A stretch of DNA of 64,000 bases from Octopus sinensis (Eukaryota). The first letter of the stretch is position 1. Each line of letters starts with the position of its first letter. The translations under genes and the position numbers were made by a program. Under the pieces are notes generated by a model. The model saw only the letters and a program-made list of their open reading frames with translations. It did not search any database and had not been told where the DNA came from. The stretch lies in the NCBI RefSeq assembly GCF_006345805.1, contig NC_042999.1, forward strand, positions 1-64,000, read 5' to 3'. Of this stretch, positions 63,396-64,000 are shown one piece after another.

Positions 63396-64000
63396 TGTGG
63401 TTGTTTCTCTCCTCCACCAGTTCTTATTTATGTAATGTATACATATTTTATTCATGGTCTGGGAATCTCTGTAGTCATGTGCTATCTTGGTCCGTATTAC
63501 ACATACATTCATGCATGTGTGTGTGTGTGTGTGTGTGTCCTTATACACCCACACACACACTCACACACACACACACAAATATATTTAGTTATTTATGTAT
63601 ATACCTTGCATAATCATGTGATTGACCAGACTATAGGATGTTGTTATACATCACTGATCACAATGCGTTTTGCATTGGTTTAGCTTTCGAATGATGGTAC
63701 CCCGTCGGCTAGGTGAGCAGGCCAACATTCTCCCCCAATCAGAAGGCCATTTTGTCGCAGGGTTGTCCATTTACAGCTGAGTGGACTGGTGCAACGTTGA
63801 ATGGAGCGTGTTGCACAAAAACACAATGTGTTGTGGGGTCTGGAAATTGAACCCAAGATATAGCGATTGCGAGTGCGACACCCTAACCTCCAGGACACAC
63901 ACCTTCATCATATATATCTATTTTTTATTCTCCACATGGATATAAACATAGAGGGGACAAACAAAGACAGACAAAGGGATTAAGTCGATTACATTGTCCC

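Noticed and set aside
61572-63683. Thr-rich 'mucin' (282 aa) and His/Thr-rich ~398-aa ORFs
   Set aside because: They derive from (ACC/ACT)n and (CA)n repeats, with no splice or domain support.

Overview
AT-rich, microsatellite-dense eukaryotic DNA. The SINE, MITE and Helitron content and the (TA)n/(CA)n/(CAT)n tracts fit an octopus/coleoid cephalopod genome (inference). The only host gene I recognise is IFT122 (+ strand), as three C-terminal exons at 34465-34576, 38395-38526 and 46010-46086. They splice in frame, and the second intron is a 7.5-kb U12-type (minor spliceosome) GT-AG intron. The rest is intron-like DNA filled with tRNA-headed SINEs, (GAT)n-tailed retroposon ends, non-autonomous Helitrons, piggyBac and hAT MITEs, a deleted mariner, LINE 3' ends and simple repeats. 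The most notable unexplained structure is a Penelope-like (GIY-YIG) insertion folded into a ~1.08-kb inverted repeat with a hammerhead ribozyme motif in each arm. Alongside it are about ten short, unrelated fold-back elements sitting in (TA)n tracts and about a dozen hammerhead-like motifs with palindromic stem-III loops; several fold-back junctions fall inside or next to a hammerhead. A 176-bp, ~99% identical inverted pair also brackets one IFT122 exon. Nearly all long ORFs in the supplied track are low-complexity artefacts. All coordinates were read by eye and no alignment or folding was run.
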